Notes under the pieces: generated by a model
Told to the model about the DNA's origin: nothing
Database searches by the model: none
The model's input: the letters and a program-made list of their open reading frames with translations, nothing else
Shown: positions 51,583 to 64,000 of the stretch, piece after piece
How the letters are laid out: every line of letters starts with the position of its first letter
How positions within the stretch are numbered: the stretch's first letter is position 1
From: Callorhinchus milii
Lineage: Eukaryota
Assembly: GCF_018977255.1 (NCBI RefSeq)
Contig: NW_024704742.1
Location: forward strand, 34,784,001-34,848,000
DNA length: 64,000 nucleotides
Direction: 5' to 3'
Program-made: the position numbers and the translations under genes

Positions 51583-51627
51583 CTCTCTGGGTCAACGACC
51601 TCTTCTGTGATATAGTTGACATAGAAC
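51583..51627 (-). CDS. SLC7A11-like: xCT-like exon 6
   Basis: ttcag|FYVNYITEEVVDPER|gtatgt, 45 nt. Confidence 0.93.
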
Positions 51628-51758
51628 CTGAAAGAAGAAATGTACCAAGTGATAATATTTCCAACAAATATTCGGGTAAAACCCTTGCCTTCTAGATAAC
51701 TAATACTTACAAATATCTCACTCTAGCCATCGACATTGTTTATATAGTCTCTCATTAT

Positions 51759-52405
51759 CAACAACAACAACAACTTGGATTTATATAGCACCCTCCACCC
51801 TGGATGGTGTCTCAGAGCGCTTAAGAGTAACGGATCCTGGGACCGAGCCAGGGGGAGGGGGAGGAAGGTGACCAAAGGCACGGTCAAAAAGAAAGGTCTT
51901 CAGCAGAGACCTGAAAATAGGAAGGGAGGGAGCGAGGTGAAGGGAGTGAGGAAGGGAGTTCCAGAGCCTCGGGGCATAGTGGCTGAAGGCACGGCTGCCG
52001 AGGCGAAGCGGAGGACTCGGTGGACGAGGAGGAGGCCAGACCTGGAGGAACGAAGGCAACGGGTACTGTTTTGAGGATAGAGGAGGTCAGAGAGATAGGG
52101 GAGTGCAGAGGAGTGCAGGTATTTGAATACAAAGGTGAGGATCTTCAAATTGATCCTCTCTGGGATAGGCAGCCAGTGCAGTCTGGCAAGGACCGGGGTG
52201 ATCGGGGAACGGAGTTTTGTGCGGGTGAGAATGCGGGCGGCAGAGTTTTGAATGATTTGGATTTTATGAATGGTAGTGGATGGGAGACCAGCGAGGAGGG
52301 CGTGAGAGTAGTCCAGCCGAGAGGTGACAAAGGCATGGACCAGGGTTTCAGTGGATTTTGGGGAGCGGTATTGGCGGAGATGTGCAATGCGTCGGAGGTC
52401 ATCAC
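51759..52405 (-). mobile_element. L2 3' fragment (different subfamily tail)
   Basis: ETLVHAFVTSRLDYSHALLAGLP...LHWLPIPERI; (aac)n tail. Confidence 0.88.
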
Positions 52406-52414
52406 ATGCCTCTG

Positions 52415-52680
52415 CTTTTCTCTCTCTCTTCATATACTCCTCTCTTTCTTCACGCACTCCTCTCGCTCGCTCTTCATACACTCCTCTCTCTCTCTTCACA
52501 CATTCCTCTCTCTCTCTTCACACACCCCCCTCTCTCTCTTCACACACCCTCTCTCTCTCTTCACACACTCCTCTTGCTCTCTCTCTCTCTTCACACACTC
52601 TTCTTGCTCCCTTTCTCTCTTCACACACTCCTCTCTCTCTTAACACACTCCTTTCTCTCTTTGCACATTCCTCTCTCTTC
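52415..52680. repeat. CT/CA compound simple repeat (ctctctcttcacacact)
   Basis: Direct inspection. Confidence 0.9.
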
Positions 52681-52793
52681 ACAATTTCCTTCCTCACTCA
52701 CAGAGTTTCACATAGACTATCCAAACCTCCTAGTGCACCTTTTTTTCTCCCACACACCCACACAGACATGCGTTAAACTATATTTTCGCATAC

Positions 52794-52893
52794 CAGCCAC
52801 TGTAAGCAAACATGCCAGCGTAGAAAGCCAATGGGAGCTTTTCCACTGTGAGTAAATTACTGTCAAATGCATTCTGGAAGTTGTCATAGTGAC
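52794..52893 (-). CDS. SLC7A11-like: xCT-like exon 5
   Basis: tacag|GHYDNFQNAFDSNLLTVEKLPLAFYAGMFAYSGW|gtatgc. Confidence 0.95.
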
Positions 52894-54081
52894 CTGTATA
52901 AAGAAAAGAATCTGAGCTCAATCCAACGTTAACATTATAATTCCTCTAACTGAAACCAATGTTATTCATCAATTGACTTACTGATACAGGAATAGTAAGA
53001 AATTACCTCCATTGAAACAAAACCCTGGTGAAGTATATTTCAAGGGAAAATTGATGAAAAAACTTGCAGAATGGATTAGGAGCCAAAATGAATGGTCATG
53101 TGGAGATGTCATAGTCGTGACCACTTTCGTTAGGTTTCGTTTTTAAGATTTAACTGGATTCCTATACATATTGGATGTGTTTATGTCACACTTTCCACTT
53201 TTCAAGTTCGCAATACAAAATACAATGTGATATTTATATAGCATCTCTCACGTTTGGGAGGACATCTCAAGCTGCTTAAAATGGTCCTGGCTTGGAACCC
53301 GAGCTGAGGGTGGGAACAGGTGGGAAAAGCTGACAAAAAGCGTTGAACAGATAGACCTTGAAAACCCCATCAAAGGTTCAATTTAAATCATGAATGGAAT
53401 ACATACACATAGGAGAACAGTTTTGATATCAGTTATTAATATTATTAAATATGTAATTTAATGGTTTCTATGTTGTACAGTGTTCAAGGATAAATATCTT
53501 TATGAAAGAAGAAGAATTCATGCTGAGTGACAGAGTGTTTTGCAGGAGACAATGAGCTCCAGGGGTAATCAGCTAAAGCCAAATACATGCAATATCTCAC
53601 TTGTGATCCCATGGTGATGAATAATTCTGGATCTTCTCTCAGCCCATGGATGAATACCAATTAGATATCTTTGGAGCAATGATTCAATCCCACTTGTTCT
53701 TGATTCAATGACATTTTTAATCGAGCCTCATTAGACTCCATCAGTATGCTATTTGCTTTTCCCTTAGTGAAAACACTGTCTTAGAACCAACTTCTTGCTG
53801 TAAAGATGCCTGAGCACTTCTTTTGCCTGAGTCAGTAGATGATCAGTTTTATTACAACTGGTTGCATATGCAAGGCTGATGCAGATTTTACCCCAGCCCC
53901 ACTAATACATCTGGAAAACCCAACATACAACCAGATTTTTTGTCTTTTAACTTTATCAAAACTTTGTACCTACTGTATTCCTATAAGTAGGAATTCCAAC
54001 AACAACAACTTGCATTTATATAGCACCCTTCCCGCCGGATGTTGTCTGGAGCGTTTTGCCTGTTCTTGGAAAGTGTCATAC

Positions 54082-54207
54082 CTTGGAACAAAACCATAAT
54101 CCCGGGAATGATGATCAGTCCAATTGCCAGCAACTTAGCAAACAAGAAGATGGTCTGAATCCGGGCTGTCCAGCTCACACTCCAACAGTTTAAAAACACG
54201 ATGAGAG
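54082..54207 (-). CDS. SLC7A11-like: xCT-like exon 4
   Basis: tgcag|SLIVFLNCWSVSWTARIQTIFLFAKLLAIGLIIIPGIMVLFQ-G|gtatga. Confidence 0.95.
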
Positions 54208-54699
54208 CTGCAGAGAGGGGAAAAGCAAAGCTTTCTAAAGACCGGACATGTAATATAAAGTGGGGGTCAGAGCCTGTTACAATACAATTTATATTTATGA
54301 AGCACCGTTCGCACTGGGGCCAATGAGGTGTTCACATCAGAACACCTCAAAGTGCTGTTCTGAGAGAGTCGGGTAAGAGAGACAAAGAACCCACAATTCA
54401 TGTACATGTTGGTTATTCTAATAAATTACAAAACATCATATATCTTTCTACAAGTGTTCAAAGTAATTCATTATTCAGTTTAAAAATACAAGGGAATAAA
54501 GCGGGAATGACTCGATCAAAATAACAAGGGAACAAACTAATTTGCTGGATTGCTGGGCATAATAATCCTGAGTTGTCACCATTGATAAAGGAACACTGAA
54601 TGTTGTTGTAGCACTATTGACACCCCATCCCTACTCCCAATTCTGAACATTAATTCTTTGACTGTAAAGCCAGTTTCTGTGGCACAAACTAATACTTAC

Positions 54700-54815
54700 A
54701 GACACCAACGGCACTGACAAGTTTTATTGCCAAAAGTGGAGCTTGACAAGGGGAAAAGAAGGGCTCTGTGATGTAACGGCCAAATGTCAAGGCAACAAAT
54801 GCAGTGTTTGCTGGT
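54700..54815 (-). CDS. SLC7A11-like: xCT-like exon 3
   Basis: aacag|[38 protein letters not shown]|gtaagt; retains the heavy-chain-linking Cys after EPFF. Confidence 0.95.
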
Positions 54816-55429
54816 CTGTTGAAAGGGAGAAAGATGAAATATTAATAGCCTCTATTAAGAAATATTTATAAGTATTTGTAAGTATAAAACTGAAATGAGA
54901 TGTGAGCATGTGTTTGTGCAATGATACAGGGACCTGTGTACGTGTGTGTGTGTTGTGTGAGGGCTGAAGTAGTTGAAGTAGCACTTATAAGAAGTGATTT
55001 TACCTTTGTGATGAAATGTCGCATTTACCTAGTAGGAATAAAGAATCCCTATAGCATTTCTATTGAACTGTAGGAGCTGGACACCAGATGTCCATCACAT
55101 TGGAATGGAGTTCACATGAGTCCATAGTGTGCAATGTGCAACTATCAGAAAGTGATGCAAGCAGTGCTTCCTGCACATAGTGCATATGTGCAAGTAATGT
55201 CAGTGGTGACCTGGCAGTCTGGGAGTCAGCCATTTGTTGTGTGTTCTTGCTTATACCGCAGGCCTGAAGTATTAAACTCAGGTGATCGCATTATAATGGG
55301 GTTAACCTGTACACAGAGATGAAATGAAGAACTTGTACCATTAGCAGAGGAGGCTCCCAAGAGGACCATGTGCCCCCGGGCCAGCCAGGGGAATGTGGAA
55401 GGCCATTAACACCACAGTGTGTGCCTTAC

Positions 55430-55556
55430 CTGATTATAATGATCTCAACCCACAATCGTAGAAAGGCTGGAAAGGGACCCAATGTTTCCAGAAGATAGAT
55501 GTAGTGGCCACCAGATTTCTTAATGCTTGTCCCAAGATCTGCGTATGAGAGAGCTC
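55430..55556 (-). CDS. SLC7A11-like: xCT-like exon 2
   Basis: ccag|[43 protein letters not shown]|gtaagg, 127 nt. Confidence 0.95.
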
Positions 55557-57119
55557 CTGGTGTCCCAAAAGTACAGTTAAAAGATTAGTGTCTCATAATG
55601 TGTTAATACTGTTAGAAGTAAAGCTACTTCCAGGCAACTTCTGCAGCACTCCAGTACTGCACTACACTTACAGTCTGGACTGTAAACTCAATTTGGTTTG
55701 AACCTTCAATCTTTTTGACCCAGACGTCAGAATGCTACTGTAGCACTTGCAAAAAGAACTTTAGTTGGATTGCTATTTTAAGAGTTAATTTTAATTTATT
55801 TTGCTTAAGTTGTTTTGCTGAATGGTGATTTTTGATAAGCATTTGAGTGAGCGCAGGGTGCTGTGATAAAGATGCTGTGAGCACAGTTTTGGATAAACAA
55901 GGACAATATGGTAAACATTAGCACTTTTAGTCAAAGTCACAAGAAAAGGACACACTGATTGGAATGAAGCATATACACTATTGCTTGGCTTTGCTGCCAT
56001 GAAATATATACAGTATTTGTCATCATTTTAATAATAATAATAATCCTTGCATTTGATATCGCACCTTATCACGTCTTCAAGATATCCCAAAGCGCTTCAA
56101 AGAAATACTGTAGATTGATGAAACTGTTAAGTTGATCATTACTATGTATTTTGCCTATAATGGAAAATGACTGAACATTTGTAAGTGAAATTTTATGGGT
56201 GATTGTACTCTTGTGACTTTTGTACTTTGCTGGATGCTATCTTTTCCTGTCTTATGCCCCTTTCCTTTCTAATGTTCTTTTCCTTTCGAATATTTACTCA
56301 TATAGCTTGTTTACCTGCTAGAAATAACTGGCATCTGTCTTTCTAATGTCCTTGGTATAATGGTCTGTGTGGTATAGTTATGTGGCAAAAAACGGTTACA
56401 GCATGTGAAGGATGGTCCATGTATGTGAAAGATGGTTGGTGACCAGTGAAACGTTGACACATTGACACATTGCAGTCAACACTACCAACTAGGACACACT
56501 GACCCAGTAGAGCAAAATACTGGGATTAACCTAGTTTTACGGATCAATTCCACATCAGGCATTATCTTTGCAATGCGGGCATTGGGGGAGCTGGAATCCT
56601 TGTCCGCCATGTTTTGAGGCAGCCCAAACTAGAGAACACCTCTGACCAGTATTTAACATTCTAAGTAGGACTGAGAGAGCAAACCAAGGATGATACTTGC
56701 AGGTATGCTAGGAAGACAGAACAGGTGGATAGAGTTTCAAGCTTAAAAACGAAATTCAGGGCAGACACCAGGGACCATTTCTTTGCAATTAAAGATAATT
56801 AATGACCAGAAGCAGTTTCCAGAAAGAATGGTTGAGGCCAGGGCATTAGACTCATTTTGGAACATCTTGATGGGATAATGGGAGGACTTTAGGAGGGTAT
56901 TTGAGAATGATGAGATCAAATGATCTGAAAAGCTTTCATCTGAACCTCTCTTAAACTATGGCAAAGTCTTTCTTTTTCTCTCTCTGTTTTGTGTTTTTCT
57001 TTCTCTGTGAAAACAACAGCTTTGCTGTTTATAGTTTATTCATGCTGTATGAAAGCATAACAATATTACATTTCTGTTTTCAAACAACTGTATCGACCTA
57101 CACTGACCTGTCCTAAGCA

Positions 57120-57900
57120 CCCTGCTGGTGGAGTTATCTTCACAACGGGCATATCTATTTGCCAAGGCCCCATCTGGAATACGCAGCTGGTGCTGAAGAA
57201 ACCTTGTACACAGTTTTGGACTTGGACCTCGAGAACATCAAAGTGGCTGGTACGTCACAAGCTGTCCTATAAAGGTCCTCTCACCACGTTGAAGGCAGAT
57301 GTCTGGCAGACAGCTGATGAGGAAATTTTGGGGCTTGGGGCAACAGCTCCAGGAAGGTGTTACCTGGAGTCTGAGTTTGTGAACACACGTTCGTACAACC
57401 AGTGTCTGGAATCCACCTTAATTGTCCTGCAGAGAGGCAAGCAGATGCTGCTCAAACTCTACACCTTCAACTGGTGGAACCATTGCTCAATGGGAAGGGA
57501 CATGTGCCCGAGCTGCAAACAGGAAAATAGTGGCAATGCTCTCACACATTTCATGCTGAGATGTGTTGCTCATCGTGAAGCTCGCAAGCAGTTCCTGGTA
57601 CATATCATCCACCTAGTGAAGGCTAAACCTGTTCCTGTTGAATGTCGAACGACCAACTAGTGATTATCCTCCTTGGGGTAAGTGGGGTCTCAGTGGAGCT
57701 GAATTGGCTCCAAGGTGATGTGTTTGGCAACAGAATGTCAGAATCATGCCAGCCCTCTGTGGTGGTCTCGGTAATCCAGTTCCTGAGCCAGGCAGGTCCA
57801 CAGGACTCCAGCGCATCCATCTAGCTAGACAAACAGCGCAAAAGCTTACCAGACAGTGCTATCAATGCAAGCTATGCGGCTTTAGACTCCAGAAGTACCC
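57120..57900 (+). mobile_element. Probable decayed non-LTR retrotransposon 3' region with C-terminal CCHC zinc knuckle
   Basis: ORF 57190-57660 contains CPSCKQENSGNALTHFMLRC..HREARKQFL, resembling the Cx2C..Hx4C..R motif downstream of non-LTR RTs; boundaries approximate. Confidence 0.45.
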
Positions 57901-59128
57901 CAAAACACACTATGGGCTTCCCAAGCCTTGTCTCTTGCCAACCTGTGCCTAATAGAATCATAGAATTGTACGCATAAAAAGAGGCCATTCGGCCCATCAA
58001 GTTTGTGCCGGCTCTTTGAATAGAGCAACTAGATACTTTCCGAACTTAGGCAAGAAGGATGCTTTCCTCCAGGGAAAGAGTGTGCATACCATTCCAACAA
58101 TCTATCTCTGGAATTTCCATGTGTAGGTGGGATGCCATAGAAATTTCTGTTTGGTTTGAATATTCTTAAGCCTAGTGATCGGCTTCCTCATTTGTCAGCC
58201 ACCTGGCTGACCAAAAAAAGTTAAAACAAAGCACATTTTAATTTTTCTTTACAAAAGATATGGAGATTGTAAAGGAAAGTCAATTCTTAAAACATTTTCA
58301 TATTATGACTATTATTCACTAGCTGGGGGTAAAATTCAACCTATGTCTATATTTACATATGGGTCAGCCTTTCTTAGTTGGTATCACTCTTTCCCCTGAG
58401 TCAGAAGGTTGTGGGTCCAAGCCCCACATATGATGCCAGTACTGTTCAAAAAAGAGATGGGAGTTTCTGCCTGTGTCCTGGCCAAGAATCCCACAAAATA
58501 AAGTTGGTCATTCATTCAATGGCTGTTCGTGGGACATTGCTGTGTACAACTCGGCTGCCGTGTTTAGACCACAAAATACAGTTATAGTAACACTTTACAG
58601 TATATCTTGAGAAGTGCATTGAAATGTCTCAACGACGTGAAAAGGCGTTATATCAAATGCAAGAATTATTTTTATTAATCCTTCCATCTTGCTCCCTCCT
58701 TGTCCATCTTCAGATCACAGCTGAAGATCTTCTTCTTCGACCGTGCCTTCGGTCATCTCCCCTCTCTCCCCAGCTCAGCGTCAAACTCTGCCACTCTTAA
58801 ATGCTCTGAGATGCTTCCCGCGTGAAGGGCGGTATAGAAATGCAAGTTGTTGTCGTTTAAAGTTATAATTTCTATCCTTCTGTAACATTCCATTATTTAA
58901 GCGGGAAAGCAGACCCACAGCTCAGCATAGCCTGAGACACCCTTCAGCCAAGCACACAGAGGTGCTTCAAAGCAAACCCTCTAAATTGCTAAGATCAGGA
59001 ACTCATAGACATTAACCCACAAAAAGCGGCCACACTTTGGGAACATCAATTTGATTCATCACCATATAACACACTCAGCGAGATTTGCTTTTGATCTAAA
59101 ATAACCACAAGCAAAATAATACACTCAC

Positions 59129-59351
59129 CAAACATCGAAAGTATTCCACAAGACACCCAGATGATCAGGGATGTCCCGACATTCCCAGAATTGATCAATA
59201 CTCCTTTTGGAGAAATAAATATGCCGCTGCCTATTATTGTACCAATTAACAGTGAAAGCGCTCGGAATAAGTTAATTTTTTTTCTCAGAAACACAGTCTT
59301 CTCTTTCTGCTTGTCTTCTTTCGTTATCCTTTCTGAACCGGTTGTTTCCAT
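59129..59351 (-). CDS. SLC7A11-like: Cystine/glutamate transporter (xCT)-like SLC7 light chain, exon 1
   Basis: METTGSE...[54 protein letters not shown]|gtgagt; TM1 GSG motif. Confidence 0.93.
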
Positions 59352-59954
59352 GATTACAAATAGAGAAAAAAAATGAAAAGTTTTGCAGCGTTTCTAGATT
59401 TAAAACCCTGCAGCTTGAGGAGTTTACTTTTCTTTACTAAAGAGGTCCCCAACCCCACCACTAATGTACCAACGAAGGAATGCTGAGTTTTGAACCTTTT
59501 GAAAGCAATTGGACTTTGACATGAAAAGAAACAAAAACTGGAGTGAGGCCAGACAACAGGAACGCTTCCAAAAGACTCGCAGAAGATTTAGAATTGATAG
59601 ATAGTCCCAGCATTGAAGCTCCTCAGTATGCAAGCCACCAGATTCAGCTCCACTTCATTAAGCAATAAACAAAAATGCATTTGTGTGCCTGTCAAATGCT
59701 ATATTACCGTCACACTTCTTTTGGACAATGCGAATCGCAAAGGAAAGAAAGCATTTAATAATGAGCACTAGGAAATGATAAATAAGAATCGCACGGTTCT
59801 AAATTGTAGGATTTCTTGACAAAATTACCGAATAATGAATTTGATTCAGTAAATTGCGACTCCTTGTGGTAACAAAGTAAATCACTCCGACCCTTGGGAA
59901 CTGCGTTCCAATGCCATACACTTCCGGAGAGAAATTCAGACTGGTTCATGTTAT

Positions 59955-60460
59955 CATTCACAACTCTGCAGCTCGTGTCCTCTCCCGCACCAGGCTCCAT
60001 GACCCTATCACCCCCATCCTCGCCCGGCTCCGCTGGCTACCCATTCCCCCAGAGGATAGAGTTCAAGATCCTCGTCGTCACCTGCAAGGCCCTCCACGGC
60101 CTTGCTCCTCCCTACCTCTGTAATCCGCTGACCCCATATCAACGTGTGCGCACCTTCGGATCAGCAGGCTCCGGCCTGCTCCACGTCCCCTGCCTGGTCC
60201 ACCATTGGCGTTTGGGCCTTTAGTCTCTTTGCCCCCATCCTTTGGAATTCCATCCCATAGTCCCTTCACCTCACTCCCTCCCTTGCCTCCTTCAAAGCAC
60301 GTCTCAAGACCCTCCTCTTCGACCGCACCTTCGGTCAACCTCCTACACTTCCTGCCCTCCACCTCCCGATCCCAACCCTCTGCTGGGGTCCAAATCCCTG
60401 ACTGTCCAGAACCTTGGGACATGAAAGATGCAATACAAATGCAATTTGTTGTTGTTGGTT
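59955..60460 (+). mobile_element. L2 3' fragment
   Basis: NSAARVLSRTRLHDPITPILARL; (ttg)n tail. Confidence 0.88.
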
Positions 60461-61165
60461 GACAGGAATTCTACCATGATTCCCAACCCCCTGCTCTCCA
60501 GAACGTAATCCCAAAGTCCATCCTCCACCACCCCCACCTTGCCTCCTCCCTTTCCACTTTCAAAGCTTGGTTTAAGACCTATCTCTTCAACTGTTCTTTC
60601 ACCTTTCCTTTACCATATTATAAAAATAATAATTCTTGCATTTTATATAGTTCCTTTTATGCCAGGAATACGTCTCAGAGAGCTTCATAGGATTTACTGT
60701 GAGTGTATTTTGTAAGCAATTGCAGAGGGCAAAAAAGCAGCCATGAAGTGAATGACCATTTTTATCTGGGGCATTGCTGGCCAAGACATGAAGAGAAACT
60801 CATGTCTCTTTTCAAACATGATAAGTCCTTTGTCTTTTCCCTCCCCTTCTCAGTTTACCCCTTCCAAGTAGTTCAAGCGGTAGTCCGTTGTGTGAAGCAC
60901 TTTGAGACATACTTCCAAAGTGAAAGGGACTATAGAAATGCAAGTTGTCGTTAGTATAAGTTCAGGTGTAAAGTGAAAATCCAGATCAGGCAACAGCACC
61001 ACACATTTATAACTAAAGAGTTTGGCCTGCAAACGTTTGGTTAATTTTTCTTTCTTGTACGTCATTTTTCCATTTCTAATTGAAGGGATGGGGATTTAAC
61101 GGATCAAACAACAGTCTCTTGCTAAACAGGCAACATTTACACCCTGGAAAAACTGCAGCTCACTT

Positions 61166-63500
61166 AACAACAACAACAAGATTACATTTGTATAGCGCCT
61201 TTCACGTCGGGAGTACGTCCCAAGGCGCTGGACAGTGTACAACATTTCAGACTCGAACTGGGGTCAGGGGGAAGAAGGGAGGGGATGGGAAGGGGGGTGG
61301 CCGATGGCATGGTCGAAGAGGAGGGTTTTGAGGCGGGACTTGAAGGAGGCTAAGGAGGGGGCGAGGCAGAGTGATTGGGGGATGGAATTCCAGAGGTTGG
61401 GGGTAGAGTGGCTGAAGGCTCTCCCGCCAATGGTGGGGCGGGTGGGTCGGGGGATGTGGAACAGGCCAGAGCCGGCTGAGCGGAGGGAGCGGGCGGGTTG
61501 GTAGGGGTTAGGAGGTCACAGAGAGAGGGTGGGGTGAGGCCATGGAGGGCTTTGTAGGTGAGGACCAGGATTTTGAACTTGATCCTCTGAAGGAAAGGGA
61601 ACCAATGGAGTCGGGCGAGAGTGGGGGAGATGGGGTCATGGAGTTTGGTGCGAGAGAGGACACAGGCTGCAGAATTCTGGATTATCTGCAACCTGTGGAG
61701 GGAGGAGTTGGGAAGGCCGACAACCAGGGCATTTGCATAGTCAAGCCTGGAAGTGATGAAGGCATGAACAAGAGTTTCAGTAGCCTGAGGGGTGAGGTAG
61801 TGGCGGAGTCGGACGATGTTACGGAGGTGAGGGAAGTCAGAGCGGGTCATGGCTTGGATGTGGGGAAGAAAAGACAGTTGAGGGTCGAACAAGACACCCA
61901 GGTTCCTGACTGCATATGGTGAGTTGTAGTGTGCAACCATGGAGGTTGATGCTGCCAGAGCCTGAGGTGCTGAGGCGCTGGCGTGAGCCAATCAGGAGGG
62001 CCTCAGTCTTGTTCACATTCAATTGTAAGAAGTTTGCCCTCATCCAGGACTTGATGTCCGACAGACAGTCTGTCAGGACAGCAGTGGTCCTGGAGTTGAA
62101 GGTGGAGGCAGAAAGATAGAGTTGGGGTCATCTGTATGGAAGTTGACCCCATGTCTGCGGAAGATGTCACCAAAGGGGAGCATGTGGATATTAAAGAGGA
62201 GAGGGCCAAGGACAGAGCCCTGGGGGACGCCAGACATGACAGTGTGGGGACTGGAGGAGAAACCGTTAGAGGCAACGAAGTGGAGACGGTGAGAGAGATA
62301 GAAATCGATCCAGTCAAGGGCAGGTCCGTGAAGATTTAGTAAAGCGGAGAGGCTGTGTATGAGGATGGAGTGGTTGACAGTGTCGAAGGCGGCAGAGAGG
62401 TCGAGGAGGACAAGGAGGCAGAGGGAGTACTGATCACAGATGTTCAGAATGTCATTAGTGGCTTTGACCAGGGCTGTTTCTGTGCTGTGGGCAGTGCAGA
62501 AGCCGGATTGGAGGGGTTCAAAGAGGGAATGGTGAGAGAGAAAGGAGTGGAGCTGGGACGTGATGACTCGTTCCAGGACCTTGGAGAGAATTGGGAGGTT
62601 AGAGATTGGGTGGTAGCTGGAGATGAGGGATGGGTCCAGGGAAGGTATTTTCAGGATGGGAGTGATGACAGCTGTTTTTAGGGGAGTGGGAACTGGAACG
62701 GTGGACAAGAAGAGGTTGATGACATCGGACAGGAGAGGGGGCCAGAAGGTGGAGCTGGGAGATGAGGAGAGAGGTAGGGAAGGGATTGAAGGAGCAGGTG
62801 GTGGGCTTGAGTTTGCGGACAGTCGCGGTGAGGGAGGAGGGAGAGATAGGGTCGAAGGAGTATGGGGTGGATGGGTGGCGGGTGGGTCATGAGGGAAAGA
62901 TGATGTGGGGGTGGCTGTGGACGGGGCAGAGGTGGCTGAACGTATCCCCTCAATTTTGGTTTCAAGGAAATCCAGCATCTCCTCACAGTTGAAGTTTGAG
63001 GAGAGGATGGATGAGGTATGGGAAGGTGGACGGAAGAGACGGTTTGTGGTGGAAAAGAGAAGCCTGGGGTTGTCCTTTGCCTCCAAGATAACCTTGGAGT
63101 AGAAGGAGGATTTTGCGGAGGCAAGAGCGCAGTAGTAGATCTTGGTGTGGTGAAGCCAGATCTGCTGATGGACCGTTAGTTTGGAATTGGTCCAGGCACG
63201 TTTGGCATCTTGCATTTGTGTCTTGGGGAATGGAGATGGCTGGTGTACCGGATTTACGGGTGCATGAGGCAGTTCGGGAGGTGAGGGGGGCAAGAGAGTC
63301 CAGAATGGAGGAGAGGGAGTTGGAGAGAAAAGAGAGTGAGGAGGGGAGATTGGTTAGGGAGGGCCAGAGGTGTAGGAGTTCAGATGATTCCAGGGCAGTG
63401 AAGAGGGAGAGGGAGGAAATTTTTTTCCACGGACGATATGTGATGGTGGAGGTTTGAGAAAGCGGAGGGGTACAGAGGTATTGAGGGAGATGATGAGGTG
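61166..63500 (-). mobile_element. L2 LINE, about 2.3 kb 5'-truncated ORF2
   Basis: HPISNLPILSKVLE, QSGF..HSTETALVK, LLDLSAAFDTV, GVPQGSVLGPLLF; frameshifts; (aac)n tail. Confidence 0.93.
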
Positions 63501-64000
63501 GCCCTAAATAAAAGGCTAGCATTTACCAAGAAAAAAACAGTTCAATATTTGAAATGGTTTCAGAATATTTAATTAAACCTTGCAAAATTGAAAAAATAAT
63601 GAATCCCAGTGAAGCTCAGAAGTAATGTTGCTTTTAAAATTAATTTTTAATTTAAATGGTGTTTTTTTTGTGTCATAAACGTATTTAAATTGAAGACCAA
63701 CTGTACAGACTGATAACCAGGACTGGTATGTTCTGTTCCAGCCACTTTATAGCTGAGTTACTTTTGACATGGAAAGCTTAAGGAAGAAAGTGTTTTGTTA
63801 AACTGTACATCGTTTATAAATATTTCACTTGGTTTGATAATTGTAATTATCCAGCACAGCTTCACGTCAAATTTAAATTTCAAAAAATTAAGTGACACAA
63901 ATTGTCCTAACAGGAAAGCAACACCAGCCATAATTCATAAAATTTTTAATTGTAATCCTTAGTTAAGGATTAATTGTAATCCTTAGTTAAGCCCCCCTTC

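Noticed and set aside
59352..59760. NRF2 ARE / ATF4 AARE sites as in the mammalian xCT promoter
   Set aside because: Only near-misses seen (TGCTGAGTTT; ATTGCTTAAT overlapping TGTTTAT); TSS unknown, so not supportable
62073..63293. 406-aa ORF as a host gene or active retrotransposon
   Set aside because: Fragment of a 5'-truncated L2 ORF2 with frameshifts and a damaged YADD motif

Overview
Vertebrate genomic DNA. The repeat complement (Deu-domain tRNA-SINEs, L2 LINEs with (TTG)n tails, shark-type CR1) suggests a cartilaginous fish, possibly a chimaera; this is inference. Three spliced genes can be read directly. (1) The 5' part of CNOT6L on the minus strand: candidate non-coding exon 1 plus coding exons 2-3; the rest lies left of the window. 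(2) A complete 9-exon MRPL1 on the plus strand (978 nt CDS, 325 aa), head-to-head with CNOT6L. (3) A complete 12-exon SLC7A11/xCT-like transporter on the minus strand (1455 nt CDS, 484 aa), tail-to-tail with MRPL1 and probably a paralogue rather than the canonical SLC7A11. The divergent CNOT6L/MRPL1 promoter region is embedded in about 7 kb of four different tandem arrays whose G-rich strand follows the direction of transcription on each side. Introns are packed with L2, CR1, SINE and MITE copies, several nested. The most notable leads are the xCT paralogue, the mirror-symmetric promoter arrays, and three related SINEs around CNOT6L exons 2-3 that could control a 309-nt stop-free circular RNA. 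The long low-complexity ORFs in the ORF track are repeat artefacts.
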